Source: Escherichia phage EC128. Taken from it: DNA of 64,000 nucleotides. The notes beneath the pieces are model-generated. The model saw nothing but the letters and a program-made list of their open reading frames with translations. It did no database searches and was not told the origin of the DNA. The translations under genes and the position numbers were made by a program. Position 1 is the first letter of the stretch; every line of letters begins with the position of its first letter. The stretch lies in sequence record ON210139.1, one strand, 5' to 3'. Shown piece after piece: positions 1-18,819 of this stretch.

Positions 1-2
1 AG

Positions 3-686
3 AATGTCGATTATGGCGATAAAGATTTTTATGTATTTGACATTATTGTCACTACAGAAAGTGGTGATGTGACTTATGTCGACGATTATATGATGGAATC
101 ATTCTGCAATACATTTAAATTTAAAATGGCTCCACTTTTAGGTCGCGGTAAATTTGAAGAGCTTATTAAATTGCCAAATGATTTAGATTCTGTCGTTCAA
201 GATTATAATTTTACAGTAGACCATGCTGGATTAGTTGATGCAAATAAATGCGTTTGGAATGCTGAAGCAAAAGGCGAAGTATTTACTGCTGAAGGATATG
301 TATTGAAACCTTGTTATCCTTCTTGGATGCCTAATGGCAATCGTGTAGCTATTAAATGCAAGAACTCTAAATTTAGTGAAAAGAAAAAGTCTGATAAGCC
401 TATTAAAGCTAAAGTTGAGCTGTCAGAAGCTGATAATAAATTGCTGGGAATTTTAGCTTGCTACGTTACACTGAACCGAGTAAATAACGTTATTTCTAAA
501 ATTGGCGAAATTGGTCCTAAAGATTTTGGAAAGGTGATGGGGCTAACTGTTCAAGATATTTTGGAAGAAACTTCTCGTGAAGGTATTACTCTAACTCAAG
601 CAGATAATCCTTCTTTGATTAAAAAGGAATTAGTTAAAATGGTACAAGATGTACTTCGTCCAGCTTGGATTGAGTTGGTGAGCTAA
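3..686 (+). CDS. rnlB: RNA ligase 2-like protein, C-terminal part (5' end outside window)
   Basis: Frame is open from the window edge to the stop at 686; convergent with gene 24 and sharing a hairpin terminator; identity assigned from recalled T4 gene order (24 then rnlB), not verified by alignment. Confidence 0.5.
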   Translation, partial: NVDYGDKDFYVFDIIVTTESGDVTYVDDYMMESFCNTFKFKMAPLLGRGKFEELIKLPNDLDSVVQDYNFTVDHAGLVDANKCVWNAEAKGEVFTAEGYVLKPCYPSWMPNGNRVAIKCKNSKFSEKKKSDKPIKAKVELSEADNKLLGILACYVTLNRVNNVISKIGEIGPKDFGKVMGLTVQDILEETSREGITLTQADNPSLIKKELVKMVQDVLRPAWIELVS

Positions 687-690
687 ATAA

Positions 691-713
691 AAAGGGACCT
701 TTCGGTCCCTTTG
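691..713. terminator. Bidirectional hairpin terminator between rnlB and gene 24
   Basis: GGGACC-tttc-GGTCCC inverted repeat flanked by A/T runs, between convergent genes. Confidence 0.6.
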
Positions 714-715
714 CT

Positions 716-1999
716 TTATTCATCAATAATAATTTTTGGTAATTTAACACCTAATAAAACAGACAAATCTGAACGACCCGCCATTTTATCCATGTCTCCA
801 CCGTCAATTATTCTTGCTTCTTTTTCATCTTTTGCTACGGTGTAAGGATTTGCAGATAAAGCATATCTAACTAATAAACCGATAGACGGTTGTAAGCTTT
901 CTGGATCAACCACAACTTTAAATGCACCTACATGTTCAGGGTCATCTAAGTCGAGACCTTCTGTATACGGAGCATAGAAAATTGATCCAACAATTTCTTT
1001 TTCACCGATATTTTCTACTACGCCAACGATTACATAATCTAATGGGCTGTTAGTATCGCAATAAAGCGGTAAACCATTAGCTAAGAACCCATAGGCATTT
1101 TGTGAAAGATATTTATCATCTTCTGGTTTATGTTTTAACCAACCTGATGCAGCAAGAATCGCAGCGGAACGAGCTGAAGCAACACAGAACGTTGCAGTAT
1201 AAGTTGATTCTTTTTGGATATGCGAAACCATTTCACACACCATTCGGTATAATGAACGACCAGCTTCAGGTGCAGATGCATAACTCAAATCAATGAATCC
1301 AGTATCAGTAATTCCTGTGACTTTATAGCGTTTTGATACTGTAATCAAAGACTGTAGAATATCTTTATTGATTTCATCCGCCATTTCAGTTGCAAGCAAA
1401 TCTTCCAAGAAATTAGGAGCATCGAATCCATTTGCTTCTAAATCTTGTGCTAATTCAACCGTAATGCCAGTTTTAAGTTTACGAGATTTAACAGCGGTTT
1501 GCCATTTATTAATCTGGAATCTAGCATCCGCAATTTCGCTATCAGAGCTTTCAAATTTGCTTGTTGATGCTGCATCAGAAAATAGACGAACCTTTAAAAG
1601 AACAATTGCAATCTGAAGAGCTAGTTCTAAATCGCTTTCTTCAATGGTAGCAAATGGTGTATCTTCTAATACTTTATAAACGATATTATTATATTTGAAT
1701 AAATCGCCTTTATTGAGAGTTAATTTAGACTCTTCTGTTAATTCTGTGATTTGTTCTCGGTCTACGTATCCAGCTTCGCCAGCGTAAGTAGCACCAGTTT
1801 TAAATGTAAATTCGTTGTCTGGGTTAAGGTATTTGATACCATAAAAAGCAGCAACAGGTTGATTAGTTCTTTGCGTTGCTACAATGTCAGAATATATTAA
1901 TTTAGTGGTAGCGCGAGTCAAAGCAACGAGATTTGGGCGACCGATTGAGTTGCTATTCGTTGTGGTTGATTCGCGCAGAAGTTCGTTGATTTTAGCCAT
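716..1999 (-). CDS. 24: Capsid vertex protein gp24
   Basis: 427 aa ORF, paralog-like to the downstream major capsid protein, in the T4 position next to gene 23; length matches recalled T4 gp24. Confidence 0.9.
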   Translation of the reverse strand: MAKINELLRESTTTNSNSIGRPNLVALTRATTKLIYSDIVATQRTNQPVAAFYGIKYLNPDNEFTFKTGATYAGEAGYVDREQITELTEESKLTLNKGDLFKYNNIVYKVLEDTPFATIEESDLELALQIAIVLLKVRLFSDAASTSKFESSDSEIADARFQINKWQTAVKSRKLKTGITVELAQDLEANGFDAPNFLEDLLATEMADEINKDILQSLITVSKRYKVTGITDTGFIDLSYASAPEAGRSLYRMVCEMVSHIQKESTYTATFCVASARSAAILAASGWLKHKPEDDKYLSQNAYGFLANGLPLYCDTNSPLDYVIVGVVENIGEKEIVGSIFYAPYTEGLDLDDPEHVGAFKVVVDPESLQPSIGLLVRYALSANPYTVAKDEKEARIIDGGDMDKMAGRSDLSVLLGVKLPKIIIDE

Positions 2000-2026
2000 T
2001 GCGCTTTCCTTTTGGTTTATATGATT

Positions 2027-2034
2027 TATTTATA
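2027..2034 (-). promoter_or_regulatory. T4-type late promoter (TATAAATA) for gene 24
   Basis: Reverse complement of tatttata about 28 nt upstream of the gene 24 start. Confidence 0.6.
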
Positions 2035-2048
2035 CCATAAAAACAACT

Positions 2049-2070
2049 AAAGGGACCCGAAGGTCCCTTA
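2049..2070 (-). terminator. Hairpin terminator downstream of gene 23
   Basis: GGGACC-cgaa-GGTCCC inverted repeat immediately after the gp23 stop. Confidence 0.6.
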
Positions 2071-2082
2071 AATCGTCAAAGA

Positions 2083-3648
2083 TTAGATACCTTTAACATA
2101 TACACGGCGGAAGTAAGCGTTTTTACCAAGGCTATTCAGAATAGAAGGCATACCACTCTGAATGCGAGAAGCCGGAGCCTGAGCAGCGGATTCTGCAAAT
2201 GGGTTGATACCGATACCGTAACGAGTTTTGAATCCCATTACTGGTTGGAAGTTCTTCGGATCGGAACCACGCAGCGGAGTCAGAGCTACATATGGAGCAT
2301 AGTAAATACCAGCATCCATTTCGTTCGGACCTTTATAACCTACAGTGAAATAATCCTGTTTAGCATACTGGTCGATATATACACGGTATTTACCACCCAG
2401 AACACCAGCAAATACTGACTTGGTAGTATCAGTGTTAAAGCCAGTAGCCAGACCCTGTGCAGCATAAGAAATGCCAGTATCAACTGAAGCCAGAACGTTA
2501 ACTACGTTACGGGAAGCGATAATGAAGTTACCTTCACCACGACCGGTCTGACGAGCAATTTCAACTGCTTCTTTGTCAATCTGGAACAACAGAGCTTTAA
2601 AGGATTCACCCGCCCAGCGAGCACCACGAATATCAATCGGATCCTGGAAGTCAAATACGCCAGCTTTAGAACCCGGAGTCAGGGTCATACCAGATTTACC
2701 AACCTGAGCTGAGTAGTTAATCCAATCAACAACTTCGCGGTTGATTTCCAGCATGATTTCGGTAGCCAGAATACCAGACAGTTCAGCATCAGCATCCATA
2801 CCGTGAACAGCGCGGAGGTCTTGTGCTAATTCGATAGAGTAAGCAGCTTTCAGCTGACGAGATTTAGCTTCGATAACTTGTTTATCGATACGGAAGCCCA
2901 TTTCATTCCACGGGTTATCGGTAGAACCATTGAAACCTTCCTGGAGTTCAGCGATAGAAGTAGCCATACCTTCAGCGATTTCTACCAGTACACCAGCTTC
3001 CATTTGTTTCTTAATTTCAGCATCCAGTTTAGTTGCATCGTTAGCACTAGCATCGATTGTTACTACAGCGGAAGCTTGCAGATACACAGTACCAGTTTCC
3101 TGGAAGAAGTGAGTATAGATGTCACCTACAACAGTTTCTGTGCTAGCAGCCAGAGCTGGGAATTTCTTAGCAGCACCCTGACCAGAGAACATTGCATCTG
3201 GACCATACATTGGGTGGAATGCTTCTTTAGCACCGGAAGCGATTGGGTCTTTACCATATACTGCACGCAGTGCGAATACCTGGCCAGTCGGGCTGTTCAT
3301 CGGCTGAACACCACAAATATCGAAAGCAATCAGGTTAGGAATAGCACGACGTACCATACCCATAACAGCTGGGCCAATCTGAGTTACTGCGCCAGAAGTC
3401 TGACCAGCAGCAATGTTAGTAGCGTTGTAACCGTGATCACCACCGATTTCAGCTTCTGTTAAGAAAGAACCGAACGCCTGAGCAATTTTTTCGTCTTTGT
3501 ACTCTGGAGCTGTCTGGAAATCTTTTTCCTGGTTTTCAAAGATTTTAGCGATAATCGCTTGTTTGCTATTAGCAATTTCCGGTAAACCTTCACCTTCCAG
3601 TAATGGTTTCCATTTGTTCAAAAGTTCAGCTTTAGTTTTGATAGTCAT
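2083..3648 (-). CDS. 23: Major capsid protein gp23
   Basis: 521 aa ORF beginning MTIKTKAELLNKWKPLLEGEGLPEIANSKQAIIAKIFENQ; recognised as T4 gp23. Confidence 0.97.
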   Translation of the reverse strand: MTIKTKAELLNKWKPLLEGEGLPEIANSKQAIIAKIFENQEKDFQTAPEYKDEKIAQAFGSFLTEAEIGGDHGYNATNIAAGQTSGAVTQIGPAVMGMVRRAIPNLIAFDICGVQPMNSPTGQVFALRAVYGKDPIASGAKEAFHPMYGPDAMFSGQGAAKKFPALAASTETVVGDIYTHFFQETGTVYLQASAVVTIDASANDATKLDAEIKKQMEAGVLVEIAEGMATSIAELQEGFNGSTDNPWNEMGFRIDKQVIEAKSRQLKAAYSIELAQDLRAVHGMDADAELSGILATEIMLEINREVVDWINYSAQVGKSGMTLTPGSKAGVFDFQDPIDIRGARWAGESFKALLFQIDKEAVEIARQTGRGEGNFIIASRNVVNVLASVDTGISYAAQGLATGFNTDTTKSVFAGVLGGKYRVYIDQYAKQDYFTVGYKGPNEMDAGIYYAPYVALTPLRGSDPKNFQPVMGFKTRYGIGINPFAESAAQAPASRIQSGMPSILNSLGKNAYFRRVYVKGI

Positions 3649-3666
3649 TTGTGTTAACCTTTAAAA

Positions 3667-4476
3667 TTAGAAACGAGATGCGACTTTCGCATATACACTT
3701 ACAATATCTTCTGCACCAGGTGCAGCTTTATCTTCTACAGCTTCAGTGACGAAATTCAGTCCGGCTGCTTCAGTATCAGGAGTATTTATACTCTCAGTAA
3801 TAGTGCTTTCATCTTTATTAGATTTCTTCACCATTTCTACGATTGCACTCAATTTACTTGAGAATGCATCTGAATAATCCATACCTTCGACCAGAGCAGA
3901 GACTTTTTCTTTTTGAGACTCAGTCAGATCTTTAGTACTTTCGCTCAATGCCACTTCACGCTGCACATAATTGATATATGCGTCACGCTTATTGAGTTCT
4001 TCGAACAGACGAGCTGATTCTTCTTTATGTTCTTGCAGCTCTTCTTCCATTTCAGCTACAATATCAACTGATTCTTCTGGAACAACAACGTTGTGTTCAA
4101 CAAAGAGCTCTTTTAATCCACCAAGCATGGATTCAAACAGTTCGGCTTTGATGCCTTTATCAACTGCTAATTTATTTTCAGCGAGCCATTCTTTTGCAAG
4201 ATGGTCAATGAATTTAGAAGCTTGCTCAGCGATTTTCTTCTCAGCTTTTTCTTCGGCTTCTTCTTTATTTTTTTCTACTTCTTCTTCTGCTTTTTCAGCA
4301 ATTTTAGCGATATGAGATTCAGCTAATTTAACGGCGTGCTGCTTGACGGTAGCTTCGAATACAGTGCCGAAAGTTTCTTTTGCTTCCGGAGAAATATTAA
4401 CTGATTCGAAAATACTATCAAGAGCAACGGAAGCATCAATTTTCTGCGCTTCGGCAATCAGTTGTTCTTTAAGCAT
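3667..4476 (-). CDS. 22: Prohead scaffolding core protein gp22
   Basis: 269 aa acidic, coiled-coil-rich ORF between gene 21 and 23; length matches recalled T4 gp22. Confidence 0.9.
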   Translation of the reverse strand: MLKEQLIAEAQKIDASVALDSIFESVNISPEAKETFGTVFEATVKQHAVKLAESHIAKIAEKAEEEVEKNKEEAEEKAEKKIAEQASKFIDHLAKEWLAENKLAVDKGIKAELFESMLGGLKELFVEHNVVVPEESVDIVAEMEEELQEHKEESARLFEELNKRDAYINYVQREVALSESTKDLTESQKEKVSALVEGMDYSDAFSSKLSAIVEMVKKSNKDESTITESINTPDTEAAGLNFVTEAVEDKAAPGAEDIVSVYAKVASRF

Positions 4477-4506
4477 TTTGTAGTCCTGTTGTTTAGATAA
4501 TAATAT

Positions 4507-5145
4507 TTATAACGCTTTTTTCATGGCCTCTGCGAGAGCCATATAGGCGTCATCGGCACTTGTATCGGCTTCCGCCGTCTGTGATTCGGTAATTTCCTTA
4601 GGAGTTACCCATGCATCTGGAGCACTTGGACCCCATACTGCATCAACACCTACAGTTAATTTGAATCCTTCGTTTACGATACGATAACCTTTATTTGTGT
4701 CAGTCAATGAACCTAATCCACGAGAAGAAACTCCTGGAATCCATCCGGCACGAATATTAGCTGCTAATTTATCTCCAGGACCATGGTCACCTTCAATAAC
4801 ACGAGCTCGTCCGTATACGTCATTTCCTTTCCACCACATATCTTCTATAATGATAGCGGCTTGCATCGGGTCAACATTAGCGCGTGGAGGATGATTTAAT
4901 TCTCCGAGAGCTTGTTTAGTTAAAACTTGCTCATTAATATAGTCTTTTACCGCTTTTTCTAATATACGTTTTGGATAAAGACGTTTATTTCTATTGACGA
5001 CTTCCGCTTGCATGAATATTCCTTCGATGTATAAACCCGGTTTTAAACCTAAGTCTTTTCCATCATGAGATTCAAGCATTGGTACGCCATCAATAATTTC
5101 GCCAGGTTGACCCCAAGTTTCAATTAGTAATTGGGGTTCATTCAT
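4507..5145 (-). CDS. 21: Prohead protease gp21
   Basis: 212 aa ORF in the T4 position between 68 and 22; length matches recalled T4 gp21. Confidence 0.9.
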   Translation of the reverse strand: MNEPQLLIETWGQPGEIIDGVPMLESHDGKDLGLKPGLYIEGIFMQAEVVNRNKRLYPKRILEKAVKDYINEQVLTKQALGELNHPPRANVDPMQAAIIIEDMWWKGNDVYGRARVIEGDHGPGDKLAANIRAGWIPGVSSRGLGSLTDTNKGYRIVNEGFKLTVGVDAVWGPSAPDAWVTPKEITESQTAEADTSADDAYMALAEAMKKAL

Positions 5146-5570
5146 TAGCTTAATCCTAATGCTTTACGGCGTTTAAGAGCTTTTTTACGCTTACGCTGAG
5201 CACGAGATTGACCTGCTGGATTGGCAATCTTCGTTTTGGTAGCTTTACGAGCAATTTGTCTACGTTTTGCTTTAGACAACCCGGTAGTTTGAAATGCATT
5301 ACGTTCGCGGGTTTTGCGATCTTTAGTGCGAGTAATTTCACCACGGGCAGAAACATGTTTAACGATAAATTCATTTAACGGCATATTTTCATTAATAGAA
5401 GCTAATGCAACCGCTAAATCAGTTTCATCATCAAGCATATTCTCGACAATTGTATTTATATCGTCTTTATTTAAAGCGGAAGACAATTCGTCAAAGCGAC
5501 CCTGTGCTTCAGGAATAAGTGCTTCGACATTCTCGAGAACTAATTCATGAGTTTCAGGGATCAGAAGCAT
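5145..5570 (-). CDS. 68: Prohead core protein gp68
   Basis: 141 aa ORF with basic C-terminus, start/stop overlap with neighbours, T4 position. Confidence 0.8.
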
Positions 5571-5808
5571 TATTCATCATCCTCGTCTTCGTCAGAGTCT
5601 TTGTCTTTTTTGTCGTCTTTATCATCACTATCTTCGTCTTCGTCATCATCCTCGTCATCAGGTTCTTCACCTTCGATTAAGAAATTACGAGCGATAGCGA
5701 TTTTTTCTTCTTTAATTAAATCAGTCGTTCTTGCAGCCATGGCTTCAGCAAATAATTTACGAGCGGCTACGAGGTCGTTTGATTTAATAGCTTCAATTAA
5801 ACCTTCCA

Positions 5809-5809
<1 letters not shown>
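5570..5809 (-). CDS. 67: Prohead core protein gp67 (highly acidic C-terminus)
   Basis: 79 aa ORF ending in a D/E-rich tail, between portal and gp68 as in T4. Confidence 0.8.
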
Positions 5810-7434
<1,625 letters not shown>

Positions 7435-7442
7435 TTAAGCAG

Positions 7443-7462
7443 GATGGGGATTTCTCCCCATT
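7443..7462 (-). terminator. Hairpin terminator downstream of gene 19
   Basis: TGGGGA-tttc-TCCCCA inverted repeat just after the gp19 stop. Confidence 0.5.
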
Positions 7463-7466
7463 CATT

Positions 7467-7958
7467 TTATTCCCAATAATCGAGAGCGAGAGTTACTTCA
7501 AAGGTTTGGATTTCATTGTTTGAATCCCAATCTAATTGAAGTTCACCCACGTTGGTAGGCCACAAGCCTTTAATTTCGACTTCTTTTGTTACAGTTTTAG
7601 CGTCACGAGCATATTGGCGAACAACAGCGCTCTTTTTATACTCTGCTGGTTTTCCACCAGTAATTTCGTTCCCTTGCCCAGCAGCAATGCTTTGCCAATC
7701 AACAAACTTCTGGCGAGCATCATGTGCCTCATCGTTCATTACTGTAACAGTCCAGTCATCGAATGTACGATCGCCTGCTACGTTAATTTTACGGTTCATA
7801 AATCCGACTGGAATTTTTTCTACAATACCAGCTGGTAAAGCAGTGGCTTTACATTGAAACGTAAAATTTTGTCCAAGATAAGAAATTTCTACTTGGAATA
7901 AGTTAGGTCGCGCAAAATCACCCGATTCAAACGCGCGTGTTACATCATCTACAAACAT
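7467..7958 (-). CDS. 19: Tail tube protein gp19
   Basis: 163 aa ORF directly downstream of the sheath gene; length matches recalled T4 gp19. Confidence 0.93.
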   Translation of the reverse strand: MFVDDVTRAFESGDFARPNLFQVEISYLGQNFTFQCKATALPAGIVEKIPVGFMNRKINVAGDRTFDDWTVTVMNDEAHDARQKFVDWQSIAAGQGNEITGGKPAEYKKSAVVRQYARDAKTVTKEVEIKGLWPTNVGELQLDWDSNNEIQTFEVTLALDYWE

Positions 7959-7972
7959 ATTAGCCTCTGTAG

Positions 7973-7980
7973 TATTTATA
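7973..7980 (-). promoter_or_regulatory. Late promoter (TATAAATA) for gene 19
   Basis: Reverse complement of tatttata shortly upstream of the gp19 start. Confidence 0.55.
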
Positions 7981-8074
7981 TCCCTATGTTTAACCTAGGG
8001 CATATAGAATTAAAGAATTAAGGATATAGTGTATTTATATGGCCTGCCGAAACAGGCCTTTAGAATGCACCGTA

Positions 8075-10054
8075 TTAACCTGCAAGACCAGTCAACTCAT
8101 CGAAATCTGCACCAGTAGCAGTCGCAACGAAGTTAAGTTGGATATAATTTATACTGCGTGCAGGTTGGATGTAGAATGTTGCAACAAACTCATTTCTATC
8201 AATTACTGACGGAGTGTTATTTGTTGTATCGCAAACTACACGATATTCATAAATTCCACCGAGAGCTTTAATTCCCTGTAAGTACTGGGCAGTTTCTGTG
8301 CGGAATGATGAACGAGTAAACGCATTGTTTAATTCGAACAAACGATATTTTGAACTACGTCCGATATTCGTTTTCAACATATTAAACAGACGACGAACGT
8401 TAATACGATCAAATGGAGAAGGAACAGAAGTAGCTGTTTTATCACCATACAATACGTAACCATCGCCACCTGTACCAGTTACCGGGTTGATAGCTTCTTG
8501 GTATAAACGGTCGCGCTGAGCCTGGCGAGTTTCAATAGCCAGTTTAATAACGTTAAGAATCTGACCACGATTATAACCAGCTGGAGACATCCAAGTCTGA
8601 GATACGTTATCAGTTCTTGCGCATAAACCAGCAATATCAGCTGCTAATGGAACCCAACGATTCACATCATTATATTTGTCATACTGATATTTGTAGTTAC
8701 CATCGATTGCTGCATAGGTTGAACTGATATTAAAGTTGTTATCAGTGTATGAACCTGCTGCAGTTCTCCAATTGACTAAGTTATCAACAGCACGAGTTAC
8801 AGGAATTCCAACTACAGTTTCACGCGGTGGTGAGCACAGTACTAAGCAATCTTGGCGAGCATCACCAATTGAAACGACGTGTTTTTGGACAGTAGATGCT
8901 GTTTCTAAAGATTCGCCGGCGCAAGAACCAGCAATAAACAATTGAACATCTACAGATTCACGGTCAGCAAAGAAGTCCCAAGCTTCCATCAAATCTCCTG
9001 CTGTTACTTCAGCATTTGATGATAATCCACCAGACAGAGTTAAAATTCCAGAGAAGCCTTCTGGCCAGTTTTGTGCAGTTGCAAAAATATATTCTGAACC
9101 ACCTTTTGCGAAAAAGTCATCGATATAGATGTTACTATCGTAAATATCTTTTTCACCACGCTTAGTTGAAAGAACAACGCTTTGAACAATAGCATCATTA
9201 CGACGAACTATAATAGCGTACTGTGAATCAGTTTGCGGTCCATATCCAAACACTGCCTTGGCAGTAGATGCACGAGTACCACCACCTGGATAAATTGGCA
9301 GTAATGCAGAAGCTCCTTTTGCATAGTCAGCTTTAGATACGATTTCAATTTCAATTTTATCGCCTAATTCGCCTGGATAAAGAGCTACTACTCCTGGAAT
9401 TCCGTATTTTTTAAGATTTGCTTGAAAGTCAACCGCTGTCATAGCAGCTTCAGCATTTTCAATTTCAGCTAATAAAATACCAGAATCAGTAATAATTTTT
9501 CCAAGAGTTATTACTGCGGCTAAACCAGAGGAAGACGAAGAAATTTCTGCAGTCCAGTTAGAACCTAATGTTGGGTATTCACCGACTTCTTTAGCTTTAG
9601 CGATAATTTTTGCAGTAGGAATATTAATTTTCTTAATTTTTCCATCTGCGTCTACTTCAGTAATTTTACCTTCAGTTTCAATATCATCTGAAACATATTT
9701 GACCGTGATTTTATCTCCAACTGCATAGTTACTACCTGGGGTAGAAATTGTGTATTCAATATTACCAGCAATCGGAGATGAGTTTTTAGCGGTATCTCTA
9801 TCAACAGCACGAACTACTCGTAAGTCATTTCCGTACTGTAAGAAATTCATCGCAGACATAAAATAGTCAGCAGTTTCAGCGGTTGGTTGACCAAAAGTAT
9901 TAACTAAATCTACTTCATTTGTAACCTGTTTAATCTGAAAAGCAGGACCCCACTGGAATTTACCGGCCAAAGCTGCTGTACCAGTAGAGTTATTAACCAC
10001 GGTGCTTTGAACCGTAGTTTCTTTGAGCTCAATGCCCGGAGATAATAAAGTCAT
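8075..10054 (-). CDS. 18: Contractile tail sheath protein gp18
   Basis: 659 aa ORF in the T4 position; length matches recalled T4 gp18. Confidence 0.95.
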   Translation of the reverse strand: MTLLSPGIELKETTVQSTVVNNSTGTAALAGKFQWGPAFQIKQVTNEVDLVNTFGQPTAETADYFMSAMNFLQYGNDLRVVRAVDRDTAKNSSPIAGNIEYTISTPGSNYAVGDKITVKYVSDDIETEGKITEVDADGKIKKINIPTAKIIAKAKEVGEYPTLGSNWTAEISSSSSGLAAVITLGKIITDSGILLAEIENAEAAMTAVDFQANLKKYGIPGVVALYPGELGDKIEIEIVSKADYAKGASALLPIYPGGGTRASTAKAVFGYGPQTDSQYAIIVRRNDAIVQSVVLSTKRGEKDIYDSNIYIDDFFAKGGSEYIFATAQNWPEGFSGILTLSGGLSSNAEVTAGDLMEAWDFFADRESVDVQLFIAGSCAGESLETASTVQKHVVSIGDARQDCLVLCSPPRETVVGIPVTRAVDNLVNWRTAAGSYTDNNFNISSTYAAIDGNYKYQYDKYNDVNRWVPLAADIAGLCARTDNVSQTWMSPAGYNRGQILNVIKLAIETRQAQRDRLYQEAINPVTGTGGDGYVLYGDKTATSVPSPFDRINVRRLFNMLKTNIGRSSKYRLFELNNAFTRSSFRTETAQYLQGIKALGGIYEYRVVCDTTNNTPSVIDRNEFVATFYIQPARSINYIQLNFVATATGADFDELTGLAG

Positions 10055-10082
10055 TTTTAATCCTCTTTAATATGCTTTAATA

Positions 10083-13223
<3,141 letters not shown>

Positions 13224-13264
13224 GACTTCTCCTAATCTGGGCTTTAATTAGTTTATAATATTTA

Positions 13265-15775
<2,511 letters not shown>

Positions 15776-15788
15776 TTAAAAATCCTTT

Positions 15789-15806
15789 GGGGCCTTGCGG
15801 CCCCAT
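15789..15806 (-). terminator. Hairpin terminator downstream of wac
   Basis: GGGGCC-ttgc-GGCCCC inverted repeat between wac and gene 13. Confidence 0.5.
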
Positions 15807-15807
15807 G

Positions 15808-17259
15808 TTATGCTGGTGATAAAAAGGTAGAAAGTAATACCCATTCGCCGTCTTTACGAACGTAAGCTTGACCATCCTTTGGAGCTTCAGGAATATAACC
15901 TGCTTCCTGTAAAGTCTGAACATCCCCCTGTAATGAAGATACATTACTTTTAATACTACGCATTTCTTGATTAATAGAAGAAATGTTAGTTTCATTAGCT
16001 TTTATTGAATTAGTTAATCCGCGCTCTTCTACCGTTGAACCATTTGGATTTGTGCCGCTTACTAGTTTATTTAGTGTAACAACTTGGCCTTTAATTCCAG
16101 TAGTGTTATTACCAATTTCAACTTGTAAGTTTTGAACATCATTGTTCAGTCTATTAACTGAAGTTTCAACAGTTGAAACCCTATTTAAAAGAGACCCAGG
16201 AGGAGAAGGCTGACCTCCGCTAGAATCAGTTCCAACGATTTGGTTTAACCATGAAACGTTTGCTCGTAGTCCAGATGAAGTGTTTTCACCAACAATTCCA
16301 TTTAAAAACTCAATAGATGTGGTATTATCTTTAATTTGACCTTTAATACTAGAAGGAATATCATCTGAGCCAATTGACGTTTCAATGACAGTCAATCGCT
16401 GTTTAACGCCGCCACTTTTATTTAGTTCATCATTTAAAGCTGAAATTTCTTGACTATTGACATCTGTGATTATTGAAGTATTTCCTGGATATCCAATAGA
16501 AGTTTTGATAGATTTAATTTCGGAACTAAGATTAATCTGCGATTGATCTAAATTATGCATACGTGAATATATGCTTTCACTAAATGAAGATGGTCTTTGT
16601 CCAAGTTCTTGTCTAAGATTTCCAACTTCAATTGTCAGTGAACCTACATCAGATTCAATAAATTTTTCTTCCAAATCACTTAGACGTATTCCTTGGGAAG
16701 TTATAGCATCTGTATTATTAATGATACGGTGCTTCATACCCGTGCTGCTATTTCCTACAACAGGAAGACCATTAATATCTCGTCCAGCATATTGTCCTAA
16801 TTCCCTTTTAATCCACAGCAAATCATTTCTAATCGTTCTATAAACTGAATTTGCTTGCTCATTAAATGGACCTATATCAGAAAGAATGCGGTCAACTGTA
16901 GTATTTGTACCATTTAATATATCAGTGTGTTCATTTGTGAGTGTCTTTAAATTTGATATATCATTTTTATTAACGCTGATCTGCGATAGTGCTTCTATAT
17001 CTCCTGATACATCTAAAATGCCTTGAATTGTTTTAATATCTTCCTGCGATGTTTCAACGGCAGTTTTAAGAATTCCCACATTTTCATCAAGAACTTCGAC
17101 ATTTTTAAACACGGAAACAGTTGGTCTATTCATTGATCCATCGTTTCCATACTTAGTACTAGCTCCTAGTATTTCTTCACCATTTTTAATCCATGAAATA
17201 CGTTCCTGACCTTCGCCAGGAACGCTATCAACAAAAGGTAAATCTTTTAATTCAATCAT
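15808..17259 (-). CDS. wac: Fibritin (neck whiskers)
   Basis: 483 aa ORF, long segmented coiled-coil character, between gene 12 and 13 as in T4. Confidence 0.9.
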   Translation of the reverse strand: MIELKDLPFVDSVPGEGQERISWIKNGEEILGASTKYGNDGSMNRPTVSVFKNVEVLDENVGILKTAVETSQEDIKTIQGILDVSGDIEALSQISVNKNDISNLKTLTNEHTDILNGTNTTVDRILSDIGPFNEQANSVYRTIRNDLLWIKRELGQYAGRDINGLPVVGNSSTGMKHRIINNTDAITSQGIRLSDLEEKFIESDVGSLTIEVGNLRQELGQRPSSFSESIYSRMHNLDQSQINLSSEIKSIKTSIGYPGNTSIITDVNSQEISALNDELNKSGGVKQRLTVIETSIGSDDIPSSIKGQIKDNTTSIEFLNGIVGENTSSGLRANVSWLNQIVGTDSSGGQPSPPGSLLNRVSTVETSVNRLNNDVQNLQVEIGNNTTGIKGQVVTLNKLVSGTNPNGSTVEERGLTNSIKANETNISSINQEMRSIKSNVSSLQGDVQTLQEAGYIPEAPKDGQAYVRKDGEWVLLSTFLSPA

Positions 17260-17268
17260 TTGTAATCC

Positions 17269-18819
17269 TTAGTAATGAATTTTAATAATATAGTTTAATG
17301 ATATATTCCATGGTCTAGTTTCATAACCAATTAATCCTTCACGATTAAGTGTACCAAGGGCATCTCTCGGTCCACCTAATTCAAATCCATCATTGGTGAA
17401 GTATGAAGCGTTATCCCAGTCGGCATATTTTCTAGTTCCAAGATATCCTTGATAAACAGACGCGCCAAATGGACCTTCACTTCTGTTATATTCTCCCCAA
17501 CCACCAGCATGTTTATGGTATGACATTTGTTGTGCCTGAACGCCACCAACATGCATTCCGTCACATCCTACACCAAGTCTATCCTTCCCATAACCATCTT
17601 GTCCACGTTGATTTAAAATATGACCGCCCGTGCCAGCTCCTCTAACAAAAAGACCTCGCATATCAGGAATGCCAGGATTATTCCAATCACCACCAAATCT
17701 TGTTCCAACTGTGTTTCTATAATCAGGATATTGATCTCCTGACACGGTTCCACCATGACACATAATCCAACCAGGAGGAGCTGAATCTCCAGCAAACATC
17801 ATAATAGTTCCAACTGGAACCCTTTCGGACGCATATCTTTCAGTGGCAACAGGTTGATCGCCATTTTTCCACATTCCGCCGCGCGACCAAATTCCATTTG
17901 CTGTGAGATGATCTAAATTTAAAGAACCATTAATAGTTTGTCCACCACGAGTATTAATTACATCTGCGTTCCAGGCTAATGCCCCAGAGCTATCACCTTC
18001 AGGAGCAATACCAGCTTGCGTCGTTAATTTTACTACCCCACGCATAGAACCGGTAGCTCCTCGACCATTTAGTGTTTCACCTGTTACTGCAACATCCCCC
18101 AAATTATTATTAATTTCTGCTTGTGTTCCTAGACGTATAACACCCTTATATTCTTGTGTTGCAACAGAATTCATAAAGGTATACGGAGAAATTGCATATC
18201 CTTCGCGGAGAGTTCCTTGACGAGTTTGTGCAACAGTAGATAATTGAACTACTCCTCTCACAGATTCTGTTGCAGTGTCTTCTGAAGGAGCTATTTGTGA
18301 AATTAATTTTATTGCAAGTTTTTGGGTTTTCAGCGGAGTCATCGCCGTAGTATCATCGACACCAGCCAAAGCTGCAGGCGTAGATGATATTTTAATAACC
18401 CCGTTTGATGACTCAGACGAATATCTATTTTGGAACACATCATCAGTATAGTATTTCAGTTTTTGCGGTGTTATTGATGAATTATTATCTGAGCCTTCTA
18501 ATGTTTCTTCATTTGTTGAATAACGCGTTAAACCATATTTAGTTTCAGTAGCATTTGGATACAATAATCTTGTTGCTAATGTAGCTGGTGTAACGATTTT
18601 AGAATTATTTGTTCCATCTAAAACCTCTTGCTCTGATGCAATCATTGCTATTCCTTTAACTTCCATAGTTGCATCAGGAATACCATTTACGCCGATATTA
18701 CTTATTTTTGATAATGCAGACTGAACCGTCGTAACAGTGTCAGGAAAATTCGATCCCACTGGATCGAATTTAACATATTTTGATTCATTTGATACGTGCT
18801 GATATGTATTATTACTCAT
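17269..18819 (-). CDS. 12: Short tail fibre protein gp12
   Basis: 516 aa ORF in the T4 position; Gly-rich repeats. Confidence 0.9.
   Translation of the reverse strand: MSNNTYQHVSNESKYVKFDPVGSNFPDTVTTVQSALSKISNIGVNGIPDATMEVKGIAMIASEQEVLDGTNNSKIVTPATLATRLLYPNATETKYGLTRYSTNEETLEGSDNNSSITPQKLKYYTDDVFQNRYSSESSNGVIKISSTPAALAGVDDTTAMTPLKTQKLAIKLISQIAPSEDTATESVRGVVQLSTVAQTRQGTLREGYAISPYTFMNSVATQEYKGVIRLGTQAEINNNLGDVAVTGETLNGRGATGSMRGVVKLTTQAGIAPEGDSSGALAWNADVINTRGGQTINGSLNLDHLTANGIWSRGGMWKNGDQPVATERYASERVPVGTIMMFAGDSAPPGWIMCHGGTVSGDQYPDYRNTVGTRFGGDWNNPGIPDMRGLFVRGAGTGGHILNQRGQDGYGKDRLGVGCDGMHVGGVQAQQMSYHKHAGGWGEYNRSEGPFGASVYQGYLGTRKYADWDNASYFTNDGFELGGPRDALGTLNREGLIGYETRPWNISLNYIIKIHY

Noticed and set aside
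2878-3462. Plus-strand ORFs (194 aa and 60 aa) inside the gene 23 region
   Set aside because: Antisense to the major capsid protein gene; Ser/Cys/Phe-rich low-complexity translation typical of a reverse-frame artefact; no RBS or promoter.
3971-4315. Plus-strand 114 aa Ser-rich ORF inside gene 22
   Set aside because: Antisense reading of the Glu/Lys-rich scaffold gene gives poly-Ser; frame artefact.
7536-7857. Two overlapping plus-strand ORFs inside gene 19
   Set aside because: Fully antisense to the tail tube gene, no start context; spurious.
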